NCBI GenBank assembly: GCA_964016885.1
Contig: OZ024742.1
Coordinates: 361,584,001 to 361,648,000, forward strand
DNA length: 64,000 nt
Direction: 5' to 3'
Source of the DNA: Eledone cirrhosa
Taxonomy: Eukaryota
Part shown: positions 1 to 12,356 of the stretch, piece by piece
How positions within the stretch are numbered: position 1 is the stretch's first letter
Layout of the letters: each line of letters starts with the position of its first letter
Notes under the pieces: generated by a model
Told to the model about the DNA's origin: nothing
Databases searched by the model: none
The model's input: only the letters and a program-made list of their open reading frames with translations
Translations under genes and position numbers: made by a program

Positions 1-684
1 CACCATCACACCCACCCCCATATACACTACAGGCCAGTACATCGCCTTGATCCTTCTCACCAATCAAAACACCTCATTTTGTCAAACTCTTGAAACTGAC
101 TTTACCACATAGCATGTATTTCATTTTCTTATAGCATTTTAAGAGGGTTTGTCGAGCTGCCGATTATTGAGTCGGGTAGGATCGATATAGATCGAACCTT
201 GAGCTGATCAGTGGCGAAACGCGCGACAAATATCAATAAATGCAATGAAGGAATAATAAACACTAAAACTACAATCATGGTGTCAGAAAATATATGTATC
301 TCTATTGAGTATGGGGGGTGGGGGAGATTACGGCTGTCATCTCATTTTCTTTCATCAAGGCTAAGTCATGTCGGGTTTGACAACGTAGTTCAAATGATGG
401 CGGTGGTGGCGAGTGTTGTTGGTGTGGTGGTTTGGTGGCGGTGTGGTGGTTTGATGGCGGTGTGGTGGTGAAATATAAACCACGTGGAGTGGAACAAATA
501 TAATGAAATAAATAAATAAATATATATATACAAATACATTCATACACACACACACACACACACACATACATACACACATACATACACACACACATACATG
601 TAGGTGATCTCTTTCTCTTAATTTCGAATATATTTTTTGACCGGTCACCTTCCTGGTGGCAAGGTTGTAAAAGAAAAGAAATTG

Positions 685-1765
685 TCATCCCTTGAATCGC
701 AAGAATGTTTTGCAAATTTTGAAGGTGCCAACTATCGCAGCCACTTGTAGACTATGAATTAGGGAGCTGCGCTCTTTGTCAGCAAATCCAAGTTCAGTCA
801 TACTTTGGTCCAAGCGGGTTGGTATATAACCCGTAGCTCCAATAATGATGGGTATGAAGCTAAAGGTGTATTTTGGATACTGGATTTGTAAACTTCTCAT
901 CAATGGTCCGTAGATGTCCTCCTCCTGTATTTTTCTGACAACGTTTACATCAAGTGGGCAACTGATCTCCACAACACAACACGTTTTCAATGGGTGGTCC
1001 CAAACAACAATATCAGGCCGGTTGTGCTTTAATTTGGTGGCAGTTTTTATTTTCAGGTTCCACCAGTATTCCTTAGTGCAATCTGTCTCGATATATTCTT
1101 CCTCGTTTGCGTTCCAGATGGTTCTAGCTATCCCATCGTGTCTCATGGGGAGGTAGTAGCGAGATGACATTCTTTCGCAGCTGGCAACAATGTCGCTTAC
1201 ATCTTCAATCTTTGTTTTACATAAGCCTACATTTATTGTCAGCTGATGGCCCTCCTCTTTTGTGCAGCAGATATTTGGTAGGGAGTTCTTGTTCCTGTAT
1301 TGCATAGAGATATCCCTCAAGGTGTGATGTCATAAACTTGTCGGAACTCCATGCCAGGCTTTTTGAGTGGTTTATCCGCTCTATGGTCTGTGTTTTACGT
1401 CTCAAGTATACGTGCACAACTTTTTCTGTAAATTGGTCAATTTTTTCATCTTCTTTGAACAGTGAATAGGATCTTCCGATTTCTCTGGGTGAGAGATTTA
1501 TATCAGGCTTTATTCCATCTCTCCTCCAGATCAGTGGCTATCCTAATGATATTTTTTTTTTCATGCTCATAAACCTGGGCCATAAAACTTTTCCTCTGTT
1601 GAAGATGTTGCTTCAGTGTTACTATCCGGGTGTCATATGATGTTAATATGGATTTTAGACCCCGGCCACCTTCCTTGCATGACAAGTACAGCCTATCCAC
1701 ATCACCAAAGTTCCCAGTAACACTGACAAGTTTTCGAGTTCTAACATCTATCTCTCTTAAGTATG
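685..1765 (-). mobile_element. R4/Dong-like non-LTR retrotransposon 3' fragment (end of RT, CCHC knuckle, restriction-like endonuclease), frameshifted
   Basis: ORF pieces DRLYLSCKEGGRGLKS, KCRL/CKTKIEDVSDIVASC, RHDGIAR, NRPDIVVWD...VVEISCP and IPIIIGATG. Confidence 0.8.
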
Positions 1766-1796
1766 TGATATTTACATCTCAAATGATATATATATA

Positions 1797-2648
1797 CAGG
1801 GTGTTTCCAAAAATTTGTAAAGTTTATTCCGAGTTCAATCACAGCTAACAACAGTAAGTAAGGTACTCAATTCATAACAGAGTATAAATATTTAATATAG
1901 TAATGACTTCTACATGACTATAACTGTTTCATTCAGGAGAATTATATACGTGCGTGCGTGTGTTTTAATGACCGTATACATACATCCCTCCCCTCAAACA
2001 GTCCTTCACAATGTCTGGTTCCGGTTTCTCATCATTGTCAAGTCACACCTTAGCACGTTTTGTATTGAGAAGTGTCCATCCAATTCACAGTACTTGGATC
2101 CGATACTGTGCTGCCGCTGTGAAAGGGGTTTCGAGCGGCCAACTGGACTGTCACTTCTCATAACAGTGCAATCTAGTCCCAGGCTGCCACGGTCGTCTTT
2201 CGTATTGAGAAGTATCCATCGCGGGGAGAGGGCCCGGCTCCGAAATTGGGGTGCCGCTGTGAGAAGGATTCGGTGCGGCAAACTGGCCTCTTCCTCCTCA
2301 TAATGATATCACTGGTCACTTCGCATAGTTGTGCCATCCAACGCCATGCTCCAAAACTGGCTGTCGCTACATTGTCAGCTGTAAAATACTCAGCCGAAAA
2401 GAGTGTTTGGGACATAAAGGTTTTTAGATAAATATAAACACTTAGAGCGTGATTCTCGGGGAGATTCAGCATCAAACATTCATCTATATATACCACAGAC
2501 AAATTATATATATAATATACAGTTCTACTCCTGCAGAAGACATTTCTAGATTCAATATTTATACTCTGCTATGTATTGAGTACCTTACTGTGGTTACCCC
2601 AGATTGAACCTGGGACCAACTCACACACAGATTTTTATATATACACCT
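1797..2648. mobile_element. Tc1/mariner-like non-autonomous element with imperfect TIRs
   Basis: Starts TA|CAGGGTGTTTC; 1850-1893 (agtaaggtactcaattcataacagagtataaatatt) is the inverted match of 2554-2590. Confidence 0.5.
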
Positions 2649-3360
2649 ACCCATACACATGCACTCAGTTTGACATACGCACAGATACATTCTGATATAA
2701 TGGCTGCGGTTAAAGATCGGAAGTAGGGTGTATGTCAGAAATTAGATTCTTTTATTGTTAACAAAGAACAAAGAACATGGCGGTAAATGTTGACTGACTC
2801 CAAAAGATAAAAAATAAATATTCGTTAATTTTTTTAAAATTATATTTCAGCTTTTCTTTGTAAATATTCATTTCCTCTCAATAATCTATATGACATATCA
2901 TCACTGTTAGATACACATGTGTATTATCGGAATCAAAGAAACAACAACACGCGTAATTGTCTGTATCTCTATAACTGTGTCTTTCTATCTACCCCCTCCT
3001 CTCTCTATATATACATATATCTTTCTATCAGTATGTCTATCTTTCACCAATTCTATTTCCTTCACTTTGACTACGTAGCCCAACTGGTGGCGACAGTGTT
3101 GTGTAGTGGTGTGTTGGTGGTGTGTGTTGGTGTGGTGGCGTGGTGGTGTAGTGGTGTGGTGGTGTTGTGGTGATGAAATATCAACCACGTGGAACACAAA
3201 ATAGAATGAATAAATAAATATATATATATATATTTATACACACACACACACACACACGCGTATGTATGTATATGTGCGTAGTGCAATGACAAAACTAATT
3301 CCACCTCTCTCTATACCGCCCCCAACAACAAAAGCAATAACAACAATAACAACTATTAGG

Positions 3361-3419
<59 letters not shown>
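3361..3419. repeat. (ACT)n microsatellite
   Basis: About 19 ACT units read directly. Confidence 0.95.
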
Positions 3420-3606
3420 AAACAACAATAATAATTGTTTCTGCTTTGGGCAAAATGCAAACATTTTGAGAGGACGCTCTACCGATTACTGCAGGCACGT
3501 TACCCATCTAATAATAATATACTGTACATAAAAATCACAACACCATACATAATGACTGCGCCCTCGTTATCGAGTATGGCCATTGCGAGATATAACATTA
3601 TTGATA

Positions 3607-4780
3607 ACTAGCAGTTTAGCCCGGCGTTACTCGGGTTTGTTCATTTGCTATGAAAAGTTACATACAGGTAAACGTAGCTTGAAAGCGCATAATCTTATCA
3701 ATTAAGTGCATAAAGCAGTTGAACCGGTTATTAATAGTTACGAACCAATTAGCATTTTGGACAATCAATGATGGCTTAATAATCTTCCAATAGCGAATTT
3801 AGTAGAACAAAGTTGCAAGATGGTGGCCCTGATGCCGCTGCGTGTCAGATCTGTCCGCTATGGGTGACCCAACCAGTTTTCCAGACGGCATAACTCAAAC
3901 ATCTATAGCACTTCATAGTAGACGATATTGCGTGTCATCCCTTGAGGAGTGTAAGCAAAAAGTCCATTCCTGCTCCATACGCGGAAACTGGCAACAAAGT
4001 TGGCCATGGGAGAAGCATGGCTCCCCCAAATGGATGACCGCCACCAACAATGTTTGCCCTTGTGACTTGTTAATGGACTTGGAAAAAAAAAATGGTCTCA
4101 CCGGGAATTGGGATCGCCGGAAATCGAACGGGATATCTGACGCCGAGGGGCAAAGGTTCATCCTTGGAATGAAAACATTCTCCCCTCTCCAGCACCCTGT
4201 TACAATGGTGGCCTCAATCAAGTGCAGCGTCAGTGACTTGACGACCATGCGAGTACCGTTGCACTGCTTTGGTGGACGCAAGTTCCTTATTAGCATAATG
4301 GGACAGCCAACCCTAAGCTTAAGAATAAGAGGTGGGAGCCCTGGGGAATTTAATAACTCAACCGGATAATTAACGATATCGTCGGGGTCTGACGCCAGGT
4401 CGATAGATTTGAAGACGTCTTCTTTACCGGGAATCTTCTCAATCAGCTGCTCGTTAATAAAATTAACCATGGTATTTTTCCGAGCAAGGATGGCTCTTTC
4501 GCTGAGCTAATCGAGGTTTTTAAAGTTAGATGAGACATTAGAAAAAACTGCTCCCAAAAGGTCAGAAGGGTTGCTCACAATGTTGCACAGGGAGTCGATT
4601 GCTATTCCGCCTTTGTCATCCGCAGGGACCTTGCCCTCACAAAGTGCTAAAATATTCTGACCAAATGCTGCAGACATGTCACCATGCAAATGAGCACGCA
4701 TATTTGTGCTCAAGTACAAACTCTTCACCTGGAGCCACAACATGGACGACTTAAGGCAGGCAGGCACGCACTTCTGCTCT
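3607..4780 (-). mobile_element. Helitron 3' part (PIF1-like helicase remnant and 3' terminus)
   Basis: PPLILKLRVGCPIMLIRNL...CNGTR, QFPVR, SINKSQGQTL, FSHGQL; minus-strand end CCCGAGTAACGCCGGG hairpin followed by CTAGT at 3607-3636. Confidence 0.85.
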
Positions 4781-4781
4781 T

Positions 4782-5686
4782 GTCAAGGTGAACGGCTACC
4801 TCTCGGAGCCGTTCGAAATCGCGCGGTCCATCCGACAAGGGTGCCCTCTCTCCTCCCTTCTGTATGTAATGACTAGAGCCACTGTTGCAGAAGTTGGAGT
4901 TGTTAATGCCGTCGTCGGGCGGAGGTGGCGAACACATAGCGTCCGTCATCTACTACCGCCTGACCGTCGTGCCTTGCCCAAGGGAAACGCTCTCCAAAAT
5001 GGAGCGCACACTCTTCCAATTCCTTTGGAAGAAGCGGGCTCCTATGGTGAGGAGATCCATCTGCTATCAACACCCTTCGAAAGGAGGGCTGAGATGCCGT
5101 GGCTGGTGATGCGTAAACACGCATTAAGGCTACGGCACCTCCAGGTATTCATCACCGGTCAACCGGTGTGGGCCCCGTTTGTGAGGCGAGCCTTTCCCAG
5201 ACTCGTCTCGCTCACCGAGCTGCAATCCTGGGTCAAGCAAAGACCGAGAAAATTGGGCGCCTGGCACACCGAGTGTGCCCAGGCGCTCACGGCTCTCTGG
5301 CAGGCGGACCCGGCTGTCAGTGGAGAATCCAACTCGTCATTCTATAGAGGGCTGGTGGTTAGCAGGTGCGGCAACACCCTCGGAGAAGCCCTAGGCATGG
5401 AGGAAAACGAACTGGCCAACCTGTTCGGTAGGACATTCAGCCAGGGACCTATGGATAACTTCCAGAGGTCCCTGGCCTGGCAGTGCCACCGAGGGGCTCT
5501 GCCTGTTCGAGAAAGGCTCTACAGACACGGGCGCCCTGGTAGAGACCCCTCGAAAAAGATCTGTCCCAGATGCGGGTGCGACGAGGAAACAATTGCACAC
5601 GCATTGTACAGTGCTCGGGCATTGCCTATCTGTGGGGCTATGTCGAACGACTGCTGTCACGGGTGGGACCGATCCGTTTGACCACC
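4782..5686 (+). mobile_element. L1/Tx1-like LINE RT and C-terminal fragment, internally deleted
   Basis: NGYLSEPFEIARSIRQGCPLSSLLYV, KGGL, CPRCGCDEETIAHAL; followed by a G17 run at 5687-5703. Confidence 0.75.
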
Positions 5687-5703
5687 GGGGGGGGGGGGGG
5701 GGG

Positions 5704-6090
5704 TCAGCTTCGCTAAGGTGAAAATAATACTAACTAGAGACAATAGGGTTTGCCAGACTCAATTTAAGAATAAATCAAAAAAAGAAATACAAACCGGAAT
5801 TGTGGTAAGTACCAATCACCCAGACACCTTTGGTAATGCTGTTTCGCAAAATTAATTGTGAAGAGGAATACCAATTCTTGCTCATCAGTGGATGAAGAAT
5901 TATTATCATGGACATTTCTAAGTATATTAAAAAACTGAATAGTGTGCGTATATATAACGCACATGGTTTCTGAACTTAGCGTGTCTCACAAACTCACACC
6001 ACTAAAGATAGCAGCCAAGTTTGTATTTATTTTATTGATTTATTCTTAAATTGTCTATAGTTAGTATTCTTTTCACCTTAGCGAATCTGA
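5704..6090. repeat. Head-to-head inverted duplication enclosing a hammerhead (PLE pseudo-LTR-like)
   Basis: 5704-5794 is the reverse complement of 6019-6090, with a few mismatches and one ~19-bp indel. Confidence 0.75.
5816..5895 (-). ncRNA. Type I hammerhead ribozyme
   Basis: Minus strand: TCATCCA-CTGATGA-GCAAGA..TTTTGC-GAAA-CAGC..GGTG-TC-TGGGTGA; 7-bp stem I, intact core, GUC cleavage triplet. Confidence 0.8.
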
Positions 6091-6151
6091 TGCCTTACTA
6101 TTTGAACACATGTATATATCTGTGTTCGTTTTTCTTTTATATTCAATTATG

Positions 6152-6183
<32 letters not shown>

Positions 6184-6197
6184 AAAATAACAGATTA

Positions 6198-6250
6198 AAG
6201 TTTAAGCAAAGAATCGCTGCTTTCACCCTTAACGGGATCTTCTGAAACTC
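6198..6250 (-). ncRNA. Degenerate hammerhead ribozyme (core CAGAAGA)
   Basis: GAGTTT-CAGAAGA-tCCCgttaaGGGt-GAAA-GCA..TGC-TT-AAACTT; all three stems pair, U4 is replaced by A. Confidence 0.5.
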
Positions 6251-6268
6251 ACATACATACATACATAC

Positions 6269-6336
<68 letters not shown>

Positions 6337-6412
6337 CGAAGGAAATGTGGTAAGGAACCAGGTGGACCATAACGCACCAAAGTACTCAATACTTGAGGTA
6401 GTAGAGTGGGTA

Positions 6413-6523
6413 ATAGGAACCAGTAATACCCCGACAGCTGAGCTCAATCCGTTTCGACGGCTAATTCTGTCCAGAATTAGCCGTCGAAACGGCTTGAGCT
6501 CAGCTGTCGGGGTCTTACTGGTT

Positions 6524-6528
<5 letters not shown>
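6413..6528. repeat. 116-bp near-perfect palindrome built from the 3' half of a hammerhead
   Basis: 57-bp arms, 2 mismatches, 2-nt loop; each arm reads CCGTC-GAAA-CGGCT..AGCTG-TC-GGGGT. Confidence 0.85.
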
Positions 6529-6583
<55 letters not shown>

Positions 6584-6699
6584 TATCTGCGCATGCGCGT
6601 GTGTGTGTGAATGTGGCGAAGATTAACGTCATTGCTGACGTCATGGATCATAATGTCGTTATGCAGACAGCCAGACATACAAACATATTATAAGGGCAC

Positions 6700-6884
6700 G
6701 ATGGAGATCGATAACTGGTGCCTAACACCTCTTTAAAAACAGAAAATTGAAAAATAAAAGCTGCAGTTAATATCTTTAGACCACAAGGAATATATAAATG
6801 CAAGTTTGAAGCCAATCAGAGTAGAAATGTGGATTTGTATAGACTTTGCAAAAATGAGGAGACACACAGTTTTATATATATAGA
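6700..6884 (-). mobile_element. Possible Helitron 5' terminus
   Basis: Minus strand begins A|TCTATATATATAAAA, typical of invertebrate Helitron 5' ends. Confidence 0.3.
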
Positions 6885-8098
6885 TGATATGAGTGTCCGG
6901 CGTTGTATCTATAGCTATCTAATTATGTCACTTAAAACATTGCCTTTCTTTTCACATTTTAGAAATGACACACTGTTCAATTATATGACCTTATAGAAGT
7001 GTCTAGAAGAGAGAGAGAGATTAAGCATACCTTATGGTTTGGCACCACTGGGTCGGGCCTCTTTTCGTGGCAGGGTCTCCTTAGCTCCAGGGAAGTATTT
7101 CTCAAAATCATCTGGTACATTGCTGTTGCGTAGCAGAGCCCAGTCCTTAATTAGGGACAACAACGGCCGTGGTGAAGCAGTTACATATTTAGAGGTAACG
7201 TAGGAATGACGATATATCTGAAATAGAGATTTTAGGGGTTATAAAGGGCCAGGGTTAAAGGTGGGTAGATATGATATATCTGAATATATAGAATGGTGGT
7301 GTTGGTGGTGATGTAGTGTGATAGTGGTAGTGTAGTATGGCAGTGTTATAGTGTCTGGTAGTGCTGTAGTGTGTGGTAGTGTTCTAATGTAGGTTCAGTA
7401 TGTGATGGTGGGGCTTCAATGGTTAGTGTGCTGCACTCATAAACATAACATCAAACCCTAGGTCTGGCAGCACATTGTATTAATAAGCCAGTTGCTTCAT
7501 TTCAAGTTTTTCGGGATAGAACTGGAGTCTATCATTACAACAACCGGGAAACCTCCTATGTGAGGACACCCTTGTCCATCTACCTATCTATATACATAGA
7601 TCCACACACATAAATGTTTATGGATCTGTATTTTTGTGTATGAAAAAAATGGAAAAATTTAAAATCTCAAGTTAGGCTACTCTATAATTTAACTATTTGG
7701 TTCTTTGTTGGGTGTGGGTGTGTTTTATTTAGAAAGTTCAGACAGACAGCCATACAGAGGGCAATATCCATCGTCAGTTGTCTGCTAGGAATCATAGGCA
7801 TTTCTTCGCGTTAGAGACAAGATACCTCAACCTAGGGCGAACAATAACTAAAATAAGTTATTGGGATAAAAAAGAGGGGAGAGAGAGAGAAATATAAACA
7901 GACACAAAGGCTGAAGCAACAAAAAAAAAAAAAAAATCGAGTGAACAATTGATTTCGAACACAAGTTCTGGCGGGTTTGATGAGAAAAAAAGACACATTC
8001 ACTGTAGAAGTGTGAGCAAGAGAAGAGAGAGTTACGGACGAGGAAGGAAGTGAGCTAGCGGAGGAGTGAGTGAAAATAAGAGAAAGCCAGAAACATAC

Positions 8099-8172
<74 letters not shown>

Positions 8173-8233
8173 TATATACACATATAAATATATACACATA
8201 TACAAATATATACACATATACATATATATATAT

Positions 8234-8840
8234 ATGGTGGTTGCCAACTAGTTTTCGAGTACGGCCCCTACTTTATATCCATGTAGGAGAACCCCTACCG
8301 ATGGGCTGAACGAGTGTGATGTTTTAGTCCAGCCAGTGACTTGAAAACTCTGGTACAAACACTACACTTGTGACAATTATTGACAGTGCTGGGCCCATGG
8401 TACCATGTGACGACAAGTGCAGAGAGATCTCCAGATATAAAGCAATGCCTGTGCTGTGAAGCTTTTATAGTGAGCAAAGGCACTGCACAAAGCCAGTCCC
8501 ACTCTCTTAACCAAGATGATATTTACCAAAAAGAAAAACAAATCAACATCATTGGATACCATCAGGGTTGCAGGTGTTATATCAGAGTTTTCCTTCTCCT
8601 AGAATTCTGCCTTGACACAGGCTAAGGGGTCATCTCTCCCGGTGATTTTGGATGGCCATTGACTCTTAATAGCTCCTTTGCCCTTTGACAGGTTTTGTTT
8701 TTAGTCCTGCAGGATGTCCAAAGTCACCCTCCTCACCAAGAAACCTTGGTGGGGTTGCCAGTTTAGTCGCCAACGACCCGACCAGGAGACAGGTTGTACT
8801 GGGATACATGTTACCAGTAGCACCAACTGGTGATCTGACA
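8234..8840 (-). mobile_element. ~600-bp non-autonomous RTE-derived retroposon, copy 1
   Basis: Near-identical to three other copies; its 3' part encodes CSVCTRVFKSLAGLK.HTR; flanked by microsatellites. Confidence 0.75.
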
Positions 8841-8858
8841 TAATATATATGTATGTAC

Positions 8859-8927
<69 letters not shown>

Positions 8928-8928
<1 letters not shown>

Positions 8929-9355
8929 GTGAGATGCGCGATGCTGCATGGTAGTGAGACATGGACAGCAACTGCAGAGGATATGCGACGGCTGGAGAGA
9001 AATGAAGCAAGCCTGCTCCGTTGGATGTGCAATGTCAATGTGCAGGAACGACCAAGCATAGACGAGTTGAGAGAGAAACTCTGTTTAAGAGGGATAAGTT
9101 GTGGTGTGCAGGAGAGAAGACTGAGATGGTATGGACATGTGAGGCGCATGGAGGTTGAGCGCTGGGTAAAGAAGGGAGACGCAGTAGAGGAAGACCACGA
9201 AAAACATGGGTGGAGGTGGTGAGAGCTGACCTCAGATCGCTGAAACTCACCGAGGAGATGACAAAAGACCGTGACAAGTGGAGAGATGCTCTGCTCAAGA
9301 GCTCCTGTCCCACCCTTTCAAGCAGGGAAAAGCGGACGTAAAATGATGAACAGAC
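8928..9355 (+). mobile_element. RTE LINE 3' end
   Basis: AMLHGSETW...RRLERNEASLLRWMC...ERRLRWYGHVRRM plus the shared RTE 3' tail. Confidence 0.85.
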
Positions 9356-9711
9356 GATGATAATGATGCTCTCTATATATCTATCTCTCTATCAATCTAT
9401 CCAGATATCTGTGCATCAGTCTATCTATTTACCTATAAACACCCTCCGTCTCAGGATCACCGAGACATCACCAAGGACCAACCCACGCTGTGGGAAACAT
9501 TCCTCCCCGGGGCACACCCTGGTACTTCACACCTTCTGTCTGTCTCGCTGCCTAACTACCGAGAAATCCGGCTTATGTGCTTGCCTAATTTGTAGGTTAT
9601 TAGGCAGTTGGCAGAAGTTGGTTTTGCAAATGGTTAAAACACTTGCATCACAAAATTCAAGAAGCATCACTCCTTGTTTTATCTTTCTCATCTTTACCTA
9701 GGCCTGCATAA

Positions 9712-9970
9712 GTTAGTGTTATGGTTAGTGTTACGGTTAGTGTTACGGTTAGGGTTAGTGTTACTGTTAGGGTTAGTGTTACGGTTAGGGTTAGTGTTAC
9801 GGTTAGTGTTACGGTTAGGGTTTCGGTTAGGGTTTCGGTTAGTGTGACGGTTAGTGCGACGGTTAGTGTTACGGGTTAGTGTTACGGGTTAGTGTTACAG
9901 GTTAGTGTTACGGGTTAGTGTTACGGGTTAGGGTTAGTGTTACGGCTAGTGTTACTGATAGTTTTAGGGT
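9712..9970 (+). repeat. Degenerate telomere-like array of (TTAGTGTTACGG)n mixed with TTAGGG
   Basis: 12-13-bp units read directly; a short version lies at 14598-14650. Confidence 0.85.
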
Positions 9971-11572
9971 TAATTGAGGACAAGAGACTAGGTAAAGAAA
10001 AGAAATACTGCATTTACAAGCAATTTTTACAAACATCCACAATGACAGGACGGAGACATCGTTATGCTAGCAGGGGATTTCAAACTTGTGGCTGGGTCAG
10101 AGTTCCAACCAGACAGAGAGTGACATGGTGGTGGGACAGCACGGTAGATCGGGCCATTGGAGACTAAAGACTAGCATGGAATGCTTGGAAATTTAGTGCG
10201 AGTAGAGAAGAATATACAGCCGCTAAGAGAGAAGCTAGACGTCAGGTGTACTTAGCACGCAAGGAGGCTGCTCGACGGGAAGATCAAAGACGTGCGCTGT
10301 TCCGTACTGTGAGGCAGTGTGTCAGTGCAAATCGGGATTAAGTCTGTCCGCAATGATGCCGCTGTACTTTGTGTCATGAATGAGTGTTGATGAGTAGAAA
10401 AGAGGACAAAACTCTATTCCGTCAGGGAAATGGCCATGTTCGATATGCAGAAACGGAACTGGCATAAATTATATAAAACGTACACAAAAGATCGAGTGCG
10501 ATAGCAGGCACGCAGTGGGATAGCAGGCAAACTAACAGCATATTTTGATTATAATAAAACAAATAATAATAGTAATAATAATAATAATTGTCATTGTTCT
10601 TTTCTTCTGTGCCTTTCTTTGCCTTCTCTGTCATCTGAATAACAAAAATAAAAGAAAAGAATGTAAAACATATGTTGCCTTTACAAAGTGCTGTGATCAA
10701 AGTAGCTTTTAAGCAATTTCCTAACTAACAAACAACATCAACAAAATATATGCAAATATCTTTGAATGTCAAGTCCACCAAGAGAAAATAGTCATAATGT
10801 ACTTACAGATACAATGCTAGGGACTCGCATCAATGAGTTTTAGTAGAAAATGACTGACTGACTGTTGAGGGACAGAGGTGTGTTTTCAAATATTTATCAA
10901 TTCACAACAAAGCCTCACAAAGCTACATCATAATGCAAACTCACAACACCCTTCTTATGCAACCTCACCAAGCAACCCCACAACACAACCTCACGTTCAC
11001 AATTCACAACACTCAACAAGGCGTTCGTTATCTAGGGTTTACAGTAAGCATAGCGAGGTAAAACACACCCAGTACACTCTGTAAAGTGGTCATTAGGTTA
11101 AGATTAAACTGAAATCATACCTCCATTGTTATTGGCGTATATTTTCTCTAAAACTTAATTTCATTGCTTTCATTTCTCTTCTTTTTCTTCTATTCCATCT
11201 AAATATGAAAAAAATTATACAGGTCATTTCGTCTTATCAAGAGGTCAATTTAAAAATACACCGAGATAATACCTTAAAATAATGGTAAAAAAAGTGTTTA
11301 ATTACGAAAATCCTTTGAAATAACTTCCTCGCTCTTACTGGTCATACCTGCAAAACACAAAACGGTAGCATTAGAGTGAACAGTGATGCGCTGTAAAAGG
11401 ATTCAGTATGGTGCATATTTAGCCAATCTCTCAGACATTTAAAAAGCTTTCAGGATGTTTATCTGTGTGTGTGTCTGTGTCTGTCTGTCTATAAATATAT
11501 AATTATATATATATATATACATACATACATACATACATACATACATACATACATACATACATACATACATAC

Positions 11573-12183
11573 ATGGTGGCTGCCAACTCGTTTTCGAGTA
11601 CGGCCACTACTTTATATCCATGTAGGAGAACCCCTACCGATGCGCTGAACGAGTGTGACTTTTCAGTCCAGCCAGCGACTTGAAAACTCTAGTACAAACA
11701 CTACACTTGTGACAATGATTGACACACAGTGCTGGGCCCATGGTACCATGTGACGACAAGTGCAGAGAGATCTCCAGATATAAAGCAATGCCTGTGCCGT
11801 GAAGCTTTTATAGTGAGCAAAGGCACTGCACAAAGCCAGTCCCACTCTCTTAACCAAGATGATATTTACCAAAAAGAAGAACAAGTCAACATCATTGGAT
11901 ACCATCAGGGTTGCAGGTGTTATATCAGAGTTTTCCTTCTCCTAGAATTCTGCCTTGACAAAGGCTAAGGGGTCATCTCTCCCGGTGATTTTGGATGGCC
12001 ATTGACTCTCAAGAGCTCCTTTGCCCTTTGACAGGTTTTGTTTTTAGTCCTGCAGGATGTCCAAAGTCACCCTCCTCACCAAGAAAACTTGGTGGGGTTG
12101 CCAGTTTAGTCGCCAACGACCCGACCATGAGACAGGTTGTACTGGGATACATGTTACCAGTAGCACCAACTGGTGACCTGACA
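11573..12183 (-). mobile_element. ~600-bp non-autonomous RTE-derived retroposon, copy 2
   Basis: Same sequence as copy 1; sits inside a (TACA)n tract on both sides. Confidence 0.75.
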
Positions 12184-12356
12184 TACATACATACATACAT
12201 ACATACATACATACATACATACATACATACATACATACATACATACATACATACAGAGAGAATGAGAAAGAGATACATATATATGTATGTATGCATGTGT
12301 GTGTATATATATATACATACATACATACATACACATACCTATCTATCTATCTATCT

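Noticed and set aside
140-240. GGC-GAAA-CGCG followed by GACAAA pairing with upstream TTTGTC, then AATAAA (hammerhead-like)
   Set aside because: No CTGANGA-like core and no UH site; at best a heavily decayed remnant
5687-5703. G17 run as a functional G-quadruplex
   Set aside because: It is a homopolymer at a TE junction, with no supporting context
7740-7790. Minus-strand CTGACGA with a stem II-like hairpin
   Set aside because: GAAA and stem III are missing
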